This document shows, one piece after another, positions 13,835-26,400 of a stretch of DNA of 64,000 nt. The stretch is from the human T2T-CHM13v2.0 reference genome, Homo sapiens: the NCBI RefSeq assembly GCF_009914755.1, contig NC_060931.1; one strand, written 5' to 3'. How positions within the stretch are numbered: the stretch's first letter is position 1; each line of letters starts with the position of its first letter. The notes beneath the pieces are model-generated. The model worked only from the letters and a program-made list of their open reading frames with translations, did no database searches and had not been told where the DNA came from. A program made the translations under genes and the position numbers.

Positions 13835-14240
13835 GATGAGGTCACTAGACTGCAAGTGGCGGGACGTGCAATGAGATTTCACGCAAGCAGGGGGATTCCA
13901 GAGCTCTCAATCGAAAACACTAGCTCTACTGAGATCTCCAAGGTGCTTGAAAAAAATAAATAAAATAAAACACCAAAAACCAAACAACAACCAAAAAAAA
14001 CCTCTATACAGTAAGCATCCATTCCCCCAGAAAGATCAGGTCCCTCAAAGTCCAAGGCTCTACTTTTAGCAGTGTGTGTGAGTGCTTGAAGTCATTTCAA
14101 AGTCCACAAGTGTGACTGACAGAGAGGACTCGTATGGCTCTACCAAAAGCCTCATTGGCGTCACTGAGCGAGAGCACGTGCACACTCTGTATACCACCGA
14201 CAGCCTGCTCCTCGTCTTCCTGCGAAGAGACTTCCTTTCA
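13835..14240. promoter_or_regulatory. Candidate promoter/enhancer (motif cluster in non-repeat DNA)
   Basis: 7 CpGs in 14131-14224 against a CpG-poor background; ATTGG 14154-58, CGTCA 14159-63, GCACGTGC 14174-81, ACTTCCT 14230-36, GGGGGATTCC 13890-99, CACGCAA 13880-86, GGCGGGA 13858-64. Function is inferred. Confidence 0.4.
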
Positions 14241-14678
14241 CCTCCCATCCAAGTTGGTGTGCTCTCTAGACAGATTTCAAAATGTCTTGTATTATCAATT
14301 AGGAGCTCACAAGAGTTAGAATTCAGGGTGAAATTCACAGATGCCTGGTTATGGAAAACAGTGTGGGTTGTGAAGGCAGGAAAAAGCTGAAAATTTGGCT
14401 TTCTAACTGCAGATGAGTCTCACAGGTGTTCTGTGACCTTAGCCTGGCGTGAGAGAGGAGCAATGAAGGGCAAGTTTTTTGTCCTTTGCCAGACATTGAG
14501 TATTGAAAATCAGGACAGATGGATTTTTTTCAAAATAAAGATTTTTAGAACTCTAGAGTTTTATTCCAGAGGTTTTGTAATTTGGGAAGGCAAGGTTGGA
14601 AAACATTAAAATAATTTTTTAAACACTAAGTTTTCTTTACACAAAGGATAACAGATCTGACATCAAATATTTTCATTA

Positions 14679-16856
14679 CAGGCATTTTATTGTGCATCTG
14701 AGATACTGCATTTGTTTACAAATTGAAGGTTTGTGTCAACCTGTGTTGAGCAACTGTATTGGCACCATTTTCCCAACAACATGAGCTCACTTTATTTCTC
14801 TGTCACATTTTGGTAATTCTTGCAATATTTTTTACTTTTTCATTATTACTATATATATTATGGCATTCTGTGATCAGTATTCATTGATGTTAATTTTAAT
14901 TGTTTAGGGGGTCATGACCCACACCCACATAGTACAGTTAACTTAATACACTAATGTCATGTGTGTTCTGACTGCCTCACCAACCATCTGTTCTCCCATC
15001 TCTCCCTCTCCTTGGGCCTCCCTATTCCCTGAGACACAATAATATTGCAATTAGGCCAACTGATGACCTCTAAGTATTCAAGTGAAAGGAAGAGTCCAAC
15101 ATCTTTTACTTTAAATCAAAAGCTAGAAATGATTAAGCTTAATGAGAGGGCATGTTGAAAGCTCAGATTGGCCAAACACTTAGCATCGTGTATTAGATAG
15201 TTAGCTAAGTTGTGAAGGCAAAGGAAAAGTTCTTGAAGGAAATTAAAAGTGCTACACTAAAGAAGGCATGGATGATAAGAAAGCAAAACAGCCTTATTGC
15301 TGATAAGAAGAAAATTTTAGTGGTCTGGATGGAAAATGAAACCAGCCACAACATTCCCTTAAGCCAAAAACTAATCCAGAGCAAGGTCCCAACTCTCTTC
15401 AATTATGTGAAGGCTGAGAAGGGATAGAAAGCTGCAGAAGAAAAGTTCGAAGCTAGCAGAGGTTGGTTGATGAGGTTTTTAAGGAAAGAAGACATCTTTA
15501 TAACATAAATGTGCAAAGTGAAGCAGCAAATGGTGATGCAGCAAGTTACCTAGAAGCTCTAGCTAAGATCATGGATGATGGCGGCTACACTAGACAAGAG
15601 AATGTGAATGTAGATGTAATAGCCTATAATGGAAGACTTTGACATGTGGAGCTTTCACAGCTAGACAGGAAAAGTCAATGCCTGACTTCAGAGCTTCAAA
15701 GGACAAACTTATAGCATGATGTGCTGATTATTTTAAGACAACTGCTGAGACTTACTGCTCAGAACAAAATTTCTTCCAAAATGTTATTTCTTATTGACAA
15801 TGTACCTGGTCCCCCAAGAGCTCTGATGGAGATGTATAAGAAGATTATTGTTATTTTCATGCCTGCTAATGAAATGTCCATTCTGCAGCCCATTGATTAA
15901 GGAGTCATTTTAACTTTCAAGTCTTATTAATTAAGACATACATTTATTATTTAAGACATACATTTCATGAGGCTATAGCTGTCATAGATAGTGATTTCTT
16001 TGATGGATCTGAAGAAAGTAAATTGAAAACCTTCTGGAAAGGATTCACCATTCTAGATGCCATTAAGTACCCTTGTGATTCATGAGAGGAAGTCAGAATA
16101 TCAAGATTAACAGGAGACTGGATGATGTTGATTCTAACCTTCATAGATGACTTGATGGGGTTCAAGACTTCAGTGGTGGAAGTATCTACAGCAGCAGAAA
16201 TAGAAGCAAATCCTAAAGATGTGACTGAATTGCTGCAATCTAATGATAGAACTTGAACGGATAAGGAGTTGCTTCTTATAGAGGAACAAAGAAAACGAAT
16301 TATTGAGATGGAATCTACTCTGAGTGAAGAAACTATGATCACTGTTCAAATGATAACAAATGATTTAGACTATTTTATAAACTGAATTGATAAAGCAGCA
16401 GCAGGGATAAAATTGACTCCAACTTTGAAAGAAGTTCTGTGGGTCAAATGCTATCAAACAGTATCTCCTAACACATAGAAATACTCTGTGAAAGAAGCAG
16501 TCAATTGATGCAGCAAACTATACTGTTGTCTAATTTTTAAAAATTGCTGTGGACACTGTAATCTTCCACAACCATTATCCTAACCTATCAGCAGTCATAA
16601 ACACCAAGGCAAGACCCTCCATCAGCAAAACATTACAACTTGATAGAGGTTCAGATGATCGTTAGTATTTTTTAACAATAAATTGTTTTTCAATTAAGGT
16701 GTGTACATTGGGGATTTTTTAGGCTTCATGGAATATAGTGTAAACATATCTTTTATACATTGGAAACCCAAAACATTGAGTGACTTGCTTTATTGTGGTA
16801 TTTGTTTTATGGCTATGGTCTGAAACCAAGCCCATAGTATCTTTGAGTTGTGCCTG
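14679..16856 (+). mobile_element. Tigger1 DNA transposon (TcMar-Tigger), near full length with an internal deletion
   Basis: Starts TA|CAGGCA and ends GTTGTGCCTG (terminal repeat remnants). The internal ORF 15212-15427 ([13 protein letters not shown]...[30 protein letters not shown]) matches Tigger1/TIGD1-type transposase. Confidence 0.95.
15070..16500 (+). pseudogene. Disabled Tigger1 transposase coding remnant
   Basis: CENP-B-type HTH/DDE-family peptide fragments interrupted by stops and frameshifts; apparent deletion near 15708 and a 20-bp tandem duplication near 15931-15965. Confidence 0.85.
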
Positions 16857-17168
16857 TGTATGATATTTATGATGCTAATGAGACTTATATTTTCATCATT
16901 ATTCTTTTAAACATAATAATTGCAGGCTAAATATTATTTAATACTTTTTTAAATTAAATACCAGTTAATGAAATACTAATAAAGAAATAAACATGCTCAT
17001 GAAAAGACATGCAATTTCTGTAAACTAAAACTTTTAAATGTCTGCAGGGTTGTGGGGGGGAGAGTATATTCATTTCAGCTTAAAACACTGAAAGTCTGTG
17101 GTTAATACTTTAATTTCTCAATTTTTTTTCTAGGGCATTTGAGCTGATTTTAGAGTGATCTATTATCA

Positions 17169-17214
17169 ATTAAAAGTAATGGCAAAAACTGCAATTACTT
17201 TTGCACCAACCTAA
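17169..17214. mobile_element. MADE1 (Hsmar1-derived MITE), one arm only
   Basis: ATTAAAAGTAATGGCAAAAACTGCAATTACTTTTGCACCAACCTAA followed by TA = spacer plus one terminal inverted repeat of the 80-bp MADE1 palindrome. Confidence 0.9.
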
Positions 17215-18175
17215 TAGTAAGGAAGTGAACAAATTACAAAAAAAAAAAGCCCATTGGTTTTGGGGTTAGAAATTGTGTCTTTCACCCTGGCTCTAATTCA
17301 CAATGTGGTCGGGGACAAGGCAATTATCCACCTTGTGCAGGGCTCCATCTCTACCTGAGAGCCTCTGATCTAGGCGAGCTTACTCAGGTTAAGTCCTGTG
17401 GCTGGTTCACAGCTCCTCCATCCGACCATGGTACAATAAGAAGCATTGCCTTCTTTGCCTTATTCCAATTCTCCTATTTCCTTTCCTTTACAGTTCACTG
17501 CTATAGCTGATATCTGTGAAATGAAACTGCCCAGCTATTCAGTCCCCGTATCAGTTAATGCTGCAATTAGTTCTCTGATGACAATGCTATCAAAAGTCAA
17601 CAAATACTGAGTATTGCATTTGGGTAACACAAAATGAGCTAGGACGTCCCCTCAGATTAAATGATGGTTTCAAACTCAGAGGATTTTATTTCTTCTTCTC
17701 CTAGTGCTTTTTCTGTACTTCCCTTCATTATGTTTCTTATTAAATATTAAGGGACATGCCAGCCTACTCTGATTTTTCTGCTCATTATGTTAATGCCACA
17801 GAGAATTTCACAACTTTTGCCTGTATAGTTCAACGAATAAGCATTTAAACTAAACTACTTGATAACTAAAACCTAATGGCCAGGCAAGACCAAACTGAAA
17901 GAGTGAGAAAAGAAATAATCACACTTGAACGGAAAGCAAAGATACTCGCTGGGAAGATAGTATTGGCAAGCACTATAAAAATCCACTTAAGATATTCATT
18001 GTACTTATATCTCATTTATATAGATAACAACTCCAATAGACAAATATGTAAATTATATGTATGAAATTAACTCAAGTGATTACTAAATACTTTTCATCAA
18101 AACATGTTCAAATATACTCTTGATTCTTAAACTGCATATATAATTATTACGTGCTATTTTAATTCTTTAAAAATA

Positions 18176-18472
18176 TTTTTGGAAAGGAGATCTTGCTTTG
18201 TTGCCCAGGCTGGAGTGCAGTTGTGTGATCATAACTCACTATAGTCTCCAACATCTGGACTCAAATGATCCTCCCACCTCACCCTCCTGAGTAGCTGGGA
18301 CTATGGGCACATGTCCCTGCAGTTGGCTAATTATATTTTTGTTATTATTTCATATGGAGATGGGGTCTTGCCATGTTGCCCAGTCTGGTCTTGAACTCCT
18401 GGCTTCTAGTGACCCTCCCGCCTTGGCCTCCCAAAGTGCTGGGATTATATGCATGAGCCACAGTGGCTGGCC
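18176..18472 (-). mobile_element. AluJ-type SINE
   Basis: Dimeric Alu on the minus strand with J-type features (GATCATAACTCACTATAGTCTC, GGGGTCTTGCCATGTTGCCCAG); heavily diverged. Confidence 0.9.
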
Positions 18473-18959
18473 CCATTTGCTATTTTCCTTTTGTAAATAT
18501 ACAAAAAAAGATTTTGAGCTTATGCATTTCATCTGTACATTGACATTAAGTGGACTGCTGGGCTGGACTTCCAAGAGTCTGTTTAATGACGTGGTGATCA
18601 ATCAGCTAGCTATTCCCTTGAGAAAATACTTCTACTCAGCAAACATATTTGTTTTCATCACAAAGGATCTGTGTAAGAAGCTCCCTCTCTGAGGTTTTCT
18701 TGGAGCATTGCAAGTGAATGAAGCCTTACTTTCAAAGAGACGATTGAAAGAGATGTGATAATATGCAAAATGTATTCCACTAATTTTTAAGATATTGAAA
18801 GAACAAGGCTAAGTAATTTAAATAACAGTGATTAATGACAGGAAAGGGTGAAAGTTTGAGGGAGAAACTGTCAGTGTTTGATGGATCATGTGAAGTTTTC
18901 CTCTGGGCAGAAGCAGATATGTAAACAACAACATCACAGTGCAGGGGGTATTGGCGATA

Positions 18960-19900
18960 TGTTGACTGTGCTGAGCTTGTTTCCAGCTTATGGCTATATT
19001 ACAAACAGTGATGCTATTACAATATTTGTACAGGTTTTCTGGTGAAAACATACATGCATTTCTAGGGTGTGTGCTTAGGAGTAGGATTTCTGGGCAAGCG
19101 AGTATACGCACATACTCAGCTTCAGTAGACCCTGCAAAACAGTTTTTCAAAGTAGTTGTATGAATTCGAACTCTCACTAACATAAAACTCCTTCCTCCAG
19201 ACCCTCACTAAGACTGGTGTTTACCTTTCTAGCCTTCTACATGGGTAGGTAGCCGTATCAGCTGCTAATTTAAGTTTGGGTTTTCATGAGTAACCAGAGC
19301 TGTTACGAACATCTGCTTTTATTTATCTGCCACTTGGATATCTTCTTTTTCTTCTCCTGTTGGATCCTTTGCCTTTCTCTTATTCATGTGAAAAGGGTAG
19401 CTATGCATTCTGAATTTGAGTCATTTGACAAATACCTGTATTGCAAATGTCTTCTTCAGTCCTGTGTCTTGAAACTGTCAAGCTTAATCCTATGATCCAT
19501 CTCAGGTGAATGTTATGTGTAGTGTGAGGTAGGGGTCAATACTCACTTTTCATTTTCCTCTGGATAGCTGACTGTTCCAGCACATCTTCTGAACATTTAT
19601 TCTCACTGTAATGAAGTGAAACTCCCCCATGTTTTTTCTGTCGTTATTGTTTATTAAATTAGGTGAAATCATATGTGTAAGCTTATTTCTAAAATCTCTA
19701 TTTAATTTTATTTTTTACCAATACTTCATTGTTTTAATTACATTCCATTTCAACAGCTATGATAAAAAATGTATAAGTCCTCTAAATTTCTTCCTCAAGA
19801 TTTACTTAACCTTTCTTAGCTATTTTTTATTTCCATAGCATTTCTAGTATTGGTTTTTCAATTTCTACAAAACTGGATATCTTGCCTTTAACTTTTGCTT
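18960..19900 (-). mobile_element. Old L1M (L1MC/ME-like) ORF2/3' fragments
   Basis: TTCCAGCTTATGGCTATATTACAAACAGTGATGCTA...CTAGGGTGTGTGCTTAGGAGTAGGATTTCTGGG...GTGTGAGGTAGGGGTCAA antisense L1 motifs. Confidence 0.65.
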
Positions 19901-20437
19901 ATTGTTTGAAAAATAAAACTTTAATTTTATATTTGTTACAATCTACAAATCTTACTCTTAAAATGCCCTGTGTTTCATGACATTAGACAGGCTATATAAG
20001 TATTAGAGAAAATATTTAATAACATAGGGTTTCTTTATTTGCCTTATTTATAAATCAAACCTTGTACATTATCTCTAATTCATGTTGGCTTTCATGGATA
20101 ATAGAGTAATTAATTTATGATTTTCTAAGTTTTTATTCCATTTTCCAAACAAATTATTAAATAAGTTTTTTACATTACCTATATTACATATTCTGTAATA
20201 TTGTGAGGACAGGAATTTTTTGGAGAAAGAAATGAGAGATGATTTTTTTGTAAGGGATTATATAGTGGAACCAGCGAGATGACTGTGGTGGTCACTCCTA
20301 AATCTAATCTTCTATCACTATTAGTTTAATGTGTTACAAAATTAAGAAAGTAAGGAATATTTGGCTTGTTCAAGGTCATAGAGATTGTAAATGCTGAAGA
20401 AAAAATGTCCTATGACTGTAATTCAGAAACTTTTCAC

Positions 20438-20477
<40 letters not shown>
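20438..20477. repeat. (TA)n(TG)n compound microsatellite
   Basis: Directly visible. Confidence 0.95.
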
Positions 20478-23400
20478 CATTAAAATAAAGTTTCAGGTAA
20501 AATTGACTATCTCCTCATTGCAACTGATAACTTATTGTCCTAGAATGCCTTAAAAATAAGAAAAGTAGAATGATGTTAGTATTTGAACAATTTAAAATGA
20601 ATAATTTCATGTAGCCCATTTAGATAAATGGAAACTTTAAAAAAAATCATGTGTCAGAGTTCTTGTGCCCGATTTTGAGTGATTTTTTTCTAATAACTGT
20701 TCACTGTACTAGTATGTAGTAAATAGTTACAACTGAAATTTCCTATTTTCGCATTCCATAGCCCCTACTATCATGGAGAAGACCCAGAGAGGGCTGTTTG
20801 TTTTTTTAATAGCAAGATGATTATAATTCAGATTCAGAATTCCTTTTTCCGGAGACTTCCACTAGATAAAGAAATAAAATTAGAACCTTATGAGAATTTA
20901 TTTTATCAACAAGTAAAGAGATGGAAAAAATAAGTTTTCAGAAATGAGAACAATACCTGTTTTGAGAGTGTTACATAAGGTTTGTCGGATCTACTTTTTT
21001 TGTATTTATTAAAGTTAAATTTGTTTCTTGCAAGAATGTAACAGACAAGTCTTTGAGACCTTTTGCTCTAAGGAATAACTTCTGGGCTGATCCTGGTCTT
21101 CTGCTGTCACACGAATGGCCTGCGACTCGCTCCCTGAGGAAAATGTTCACTTCAGAACAACCTTTAATTAACCCACTCAGCTCAGAAATATCAAAAAAAT
21201 GAAGAGCAGCAGAGAAAATCAAATGTTTCTGTGGGACAAATGCAGGGGCAAAGATCAAATTGACAGGGCCTTAGATTCTCAGATTCATCAGGCTTAGGAA
21301 AGTTGAAAGTCATGAACCTCTCAGAATCGCGTTGCTGAAAGTGGAAGGCACATTCTCACAGGAACTGTTGAGACTTCAGGCACTGCAGTTTGCCACTCAG
21401 GTCCATGAGGAGCACGTGAGTTCTCCATAATCCATGACTGGGTGATATCATGCCTCTTTTCAATTTGTAAAGCACTGACATGTTTTATTAACACGCGTCT
21501 TACTCTTCATCCAAGATATTAATAACATGAGAAACTCAGACATGGTAGTGATCCCTGCTGCACCTGGCTTGATGAACTAATGCAATGTGGGCTATAAACA
21601 GTCTTTTAGATAATGTTTAAAGCTCTTCTTCTAAGGCTTATTTTTGGGACAACATGTGATTTTTTTTTAATCCGAAGACACCATCCCGAGTGCTACACTG
21701 AAATATATGTGCTTCTGTTCTCTTTATTTTCTAAATGTGCTCATTATATTGCTAAAACAAATGCGAGGAGATAAAAATAAAATAAAATAAATTAAAAAAA
21801 TAAATGTACTTATTATAATTAAGAAATGAAAAAAACTATAACACTAACTCATTGACTTGCTATTGTTGGCATGCTATTCCATCTGATAGACACCCTCACT
21901 CAGCAAACAAGGGTAAAGTAAGTTTAATAAAAAGAGCAGGCTCACATTTTAGAAAAGTTGCTTTAGAGGGTAAATTAAAAGCCATTGAAGAATATGCCCA
22001 TTATTTACTCTCAACCCTAGTATAATCATATATCGTGGTAATATGAAATCATTTATAATTACTTTGATTGTTATCTGATGAATCATTATGTGACAAGTTA
22101 ACTATTTAATGTAAAAGAGAAACATGTAGCTCAATAACGGTCATAATTACCCCCAGATAATCTTATATAAACTAGAAAACCCAGTGATATGAAAATCTCT
22201 TTGGATACACTAAGGTGTTGGTTCTTTCACTGGGTAGATTATAAAACACAATTAATTATGAAATTACAACTGCCTTCATCAGTGCATACTATGTAATTCA
22301 ACTTAACTTATTTATTGGGTATATTTTATGTCTCTTGATGCGAGAGTTACATAACACATTCCCTTTAAAGGTTATATGTGCTGTTTACACATATTATGAC
22401 AAGAGCATCTAAGCTGATTTTTCAGTTTGGGGTTTGAACATGATAATGTATTGGCTTAGTTATCATTAGTCTTCTAGGAGATAAAAAGCCGTAGTTTAAT
22501 TTATCATAACCAAATCAAACTTATTAATAAATTTTGCTACTCTGTAGCTTACTTTTCATATATGGAGTTAAAATCCATGTTTCCAAAATCAGCAAACATT
22601 CTCTTCAGTGACTAATAACAGTAAAATCACATTGTTAACTCACATCTGTCATATCCATTCAACTATTTGCTTGTTGATTTTTCTTTCCTGACAGCCAAGG
22701 TCACTGTTGCACTTATTTATGCATGAAGCCCCCAAACTGCCTCTACATCATGCCCTGACTTTACTGGTAGATGGGTGGCTTCTCATTTTAGGAGCATATA
22801 TTAAATGCCCAAGCTTCTCAAATTTTAGCCAGTTTTACCTTTAACCTGTGACCACAGTGCTTAAAAGAAACTCTAATTGATTCTTTACTGTTTTCATCTA
22901 GGATGTTGAGAATCTTTAAAAGATACAAGTACTTACTACTCCATTTATTGACTTTGTTGTTACCTTGAAAGAACCAATTTCTATTTTAAAATTTTAGGCT
23001 TGCGGCTGAACCATGTCTACCTAATGGTAAATATTTCTAAAACTACCTGCCTGATTATTTCTTTGTAATTTGTTTTTACCTGTTTTTTTCTTCCTCTTAC
23101 AGTAGAGTGTGAAAATAGTAAAATAGTAAAACAGTATAATGCCTTCCTTCTTCTAACATCTTCTCTAGCTTGAAGAAACACTGTAAAATAAGTCAACTCT
23201 AATTTTATATCTGTGTATTTGACTTTTATATCTGTGTATTTGAGCTGTGTATCAGAACTTTCACAGCTACCGCTGTCAATTAAACACTGGCTATTTCAAA
23301 ACACCAACTTGTGTGTCCTCACCAAGACACATCCAGAAACTGATTTCAGAGATATATTAGCTGCTCTACCTACATGCTCCACCTACATGCAAACATACAA

Positions 23401-26400
23401 AAAAAGGAGGTTCTATTTGGTGCTACTTTTAAGCAGGCATCAAATAAATAACATTGCTGCAAAATAGAGCAGATTGTTAATAAAGTCCACATCTGAAATC
23501 TGAACAATTTTTCCATAGGCATTAAATGTATGGACTGAAATATCTAAAAACATCACTAGGTACAAACCTATCTTTTACAATTGATTGTGGCAATGCCATT
23601 AGCATTATTCTGTGCTGGTGTGTGACACCATATAGAAGAGAAGAAAAGAAAGTAAAACTATAATATATCTCCAGTTCAGCCAAACTCTGACACTAAGGCA
23701 GCGCACTGCTATTTTACACTTTGTGCTGTCAGTTTGGAAGATGCTTAGTCTGCACTGGGAATTTATATTGCAAATATCACTTGCTAGGGGGTTTTTGTAT
23801 GGTTGCTAATGAAATCATTACAAAGTACCTGCACAAGGGGCTGACTTCATTAACTTTGTTTCCATGAAAACCTCACAACATTGCCATGCGAGAATAATAA
23901 TAAATGATTTTTTTCCAGCCGTAGAAAAAGGATAGTTGGCAAACAAAACCACTCAGTGAGGCTTGGAGAGACTCAGTCACTAAGACAAAACAAGTAGAAA
24001 AGTGAAGAAAAAAAATTAGAGTGTCAAATGTGTTCACTTTTTGTTACACCTTTTATTTTCCTCAAGGCCAGTCACAAAATGCAAAAGGAAATGTAGGTAA
24101 TGCACACAAAACTGCCAGACCAGAGTAGCAGATCAAAAAAGGACAGATTCCTTTCTCCTCAGAAACACTGATTTTTGGATTTCCTGATCTTCTCCCAAAC
24201 ATCATACTGGTTGTATCAGTAATCAGAAGAGAACCCTTAAAAGAAACGTGAAAGCTACCTCTTAAATACAAAAATATTGCTGTGACTTTATCCAGTCCTC
24301 TTTGGTTTCCATTGAATCTTCTGATTTGCAGATAAAACACATGGCATTGGTTTAATGCATAATGCAGACCCTTGACATCTCTTTCAGCACTCAAAACAGT
24401 TTAGAACACTTATGTAGAGGATACCTTAGCCAACCACTGCTCCACCATCCTGTCTGATGTGTTCAGGCCTTCATAACAGCATTATTAAATGGCCCAGTCT
24501 CTGGACAAACGACTGCTTCCAGATTTAGAACATCCCATGTGTGCCAACCCTAAATATTTGTATTAATCTCAACACAAGCAGATGGGAGAAGAATACTTTG
24601 ATTATGAAGAAACTTCTAAGGTTTCATGCTCAGGGAAATATTTTGAAAATATAAATATAAGTTTGCTCTTCACCAGAAAAGCTTAGGCAAAATAAATTTC
24701 CCAATATAAATTGTAGAAGAGAAATACAACAATTAGTGATTTAAATAGAATTTTCCTTATTCTATACATTAATATTAATGGATGCTTAATTACAACTAAA
24801 GGAATAAAGAATAAAAGAAAAACTATGTTTTCATATATTCATAGATATGATCAGACCCAGAAAATAGTTATATATTTTAATAGATAATATCCCTTTAGAA
24901 TTCGTCTATGTGAATACATATTGTCCCCATGAATGTGTTTTAAGAGTCAGGTTGATCTCCAGTCATGTTTATTTTTCAACCATCTCATAAATAGTTACTA
25001 TTATTTATGCCTTCTATTCTACGCCAATAGTGCAGTTAATGGGAATTATGTCATAAATACGGAAAAATGAGGGCCATCAAACTCATCTCACTGAGTTTTT
25101 GACAGGATTAAATGATGTAAAGAAGAGAACAAACACAATACATACAAACAGTCTCAGTTAATATTATTATTACATGCATGGTAAATTTAAAAGCTGATAG
25201 CAAGTAAACCACTAAAGGTTAACATTAGAAAACTGAAGAGTCAAGTATAAAATACAGAACTTTCTAATATCAGATTCTATGACTTCAATGATTCGAGATA
25301 GCAAATTTTTTTTCTCCTGCCTACACTATTTGAACTCATAGCCAGTGTGGGTTATAGGATATTGGGCCACCACTTACTGTGCAATGGGAGATAGAATAAT
25401 ATGGCAGGAGAAAAAGGCAGCAGGTTTTTATATTTGAAGCTCCAAACTATGAGGTCATTAGTAAAGTGAAGCAATTTAAGAACTAGCGTGATAGCAAATG
25501 AAAGAAGTTAATCATTATCTTTCAAATTATTTAAACTAAACGAAGACTGTGTCTACTAGGGAAGGAAGCAGGAGAACATGAGAAAAGAAGCTCAATGTAG
25601 TAGCAGAATGAGATCCCTGGGCATTTGCTAGCTTTCGTGGTGAGTCCTGGTGCCAGGCACCCCAGAAATGGCTCTGATTTTCGGGATGTGTGAGAGGCCT
25701 TACTCACTGGATTCCCCGAGATGAACAGGCAAGAGAGGACATTCCTTGTGCATATGGCCTTTCAGACAGAGTGTGAGGCCTGGAGGCAGCCAGCTCATTT
25801 AGTTGTGGCCAAGAGTTAGTGCAGTAAGGTATTGGAAGCTTCCTTCCTTTGGCTTCTAACTCCAAGACTGGCAAAGTCACAGGACACAGTTATGTACATG
25901 GTCTGTTGACATGGGCAAGGAAGGATATTATACATTACTTCAGTTACTCGATTATCTCTCAAGAGATCCTGGTGATACATGTAAGGACCATATAGGACAA
26001 GTTCTACATGGAGGAATAAGGTAGCAGAGGATTAAGAGATCATACACAGGGAAGGACGAGATCAATCCTACAAATGAGGAGGTGGCATGGAGCCACGCAC
26101 CTGGAGAGTGGGGAGGTGCAGGAAAATGTCTTCTGATGATCAAAATAGCAGAGGAATCCAAGTTTGAATCAATTTACTTAGAAAAAACTAAGTACAATTT
26201 TAGGACTAATACAAAATGGAAGCTCATGACAATCATTCTGGTTATAGAGATAAATGTATCCTGCTGCATAATTGAGTTCTAACTATGAACCACATACCCA
26301 CTTTTTCCACTTATTATTTCTTTATCTTTTCCTCCTTTTTTTTTCTTTTGTAACTGTGACTAAAGTTAACTCAATAGGATTTATCAATAATCAATAAAAA

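Noticed and set aside
15965-16342. 125-aa minus-strand ORF
   Set aside because: Antisense frame of the Tigger1 transposase remnant.
17169-17214. miR-548 gene
   Set aside because: Only one arm of MADE1 is present, so no hairpin precursor can form.
24062-24394. 110-aa minus-strand ORF in unique DNA (also 14082-14390, 3548-3781, 59133-59345)
   Set aside because: No recognisable domain and no supporting exon structure, and most use non-ATG starts; lengths are compatible with chance in 64 kb.
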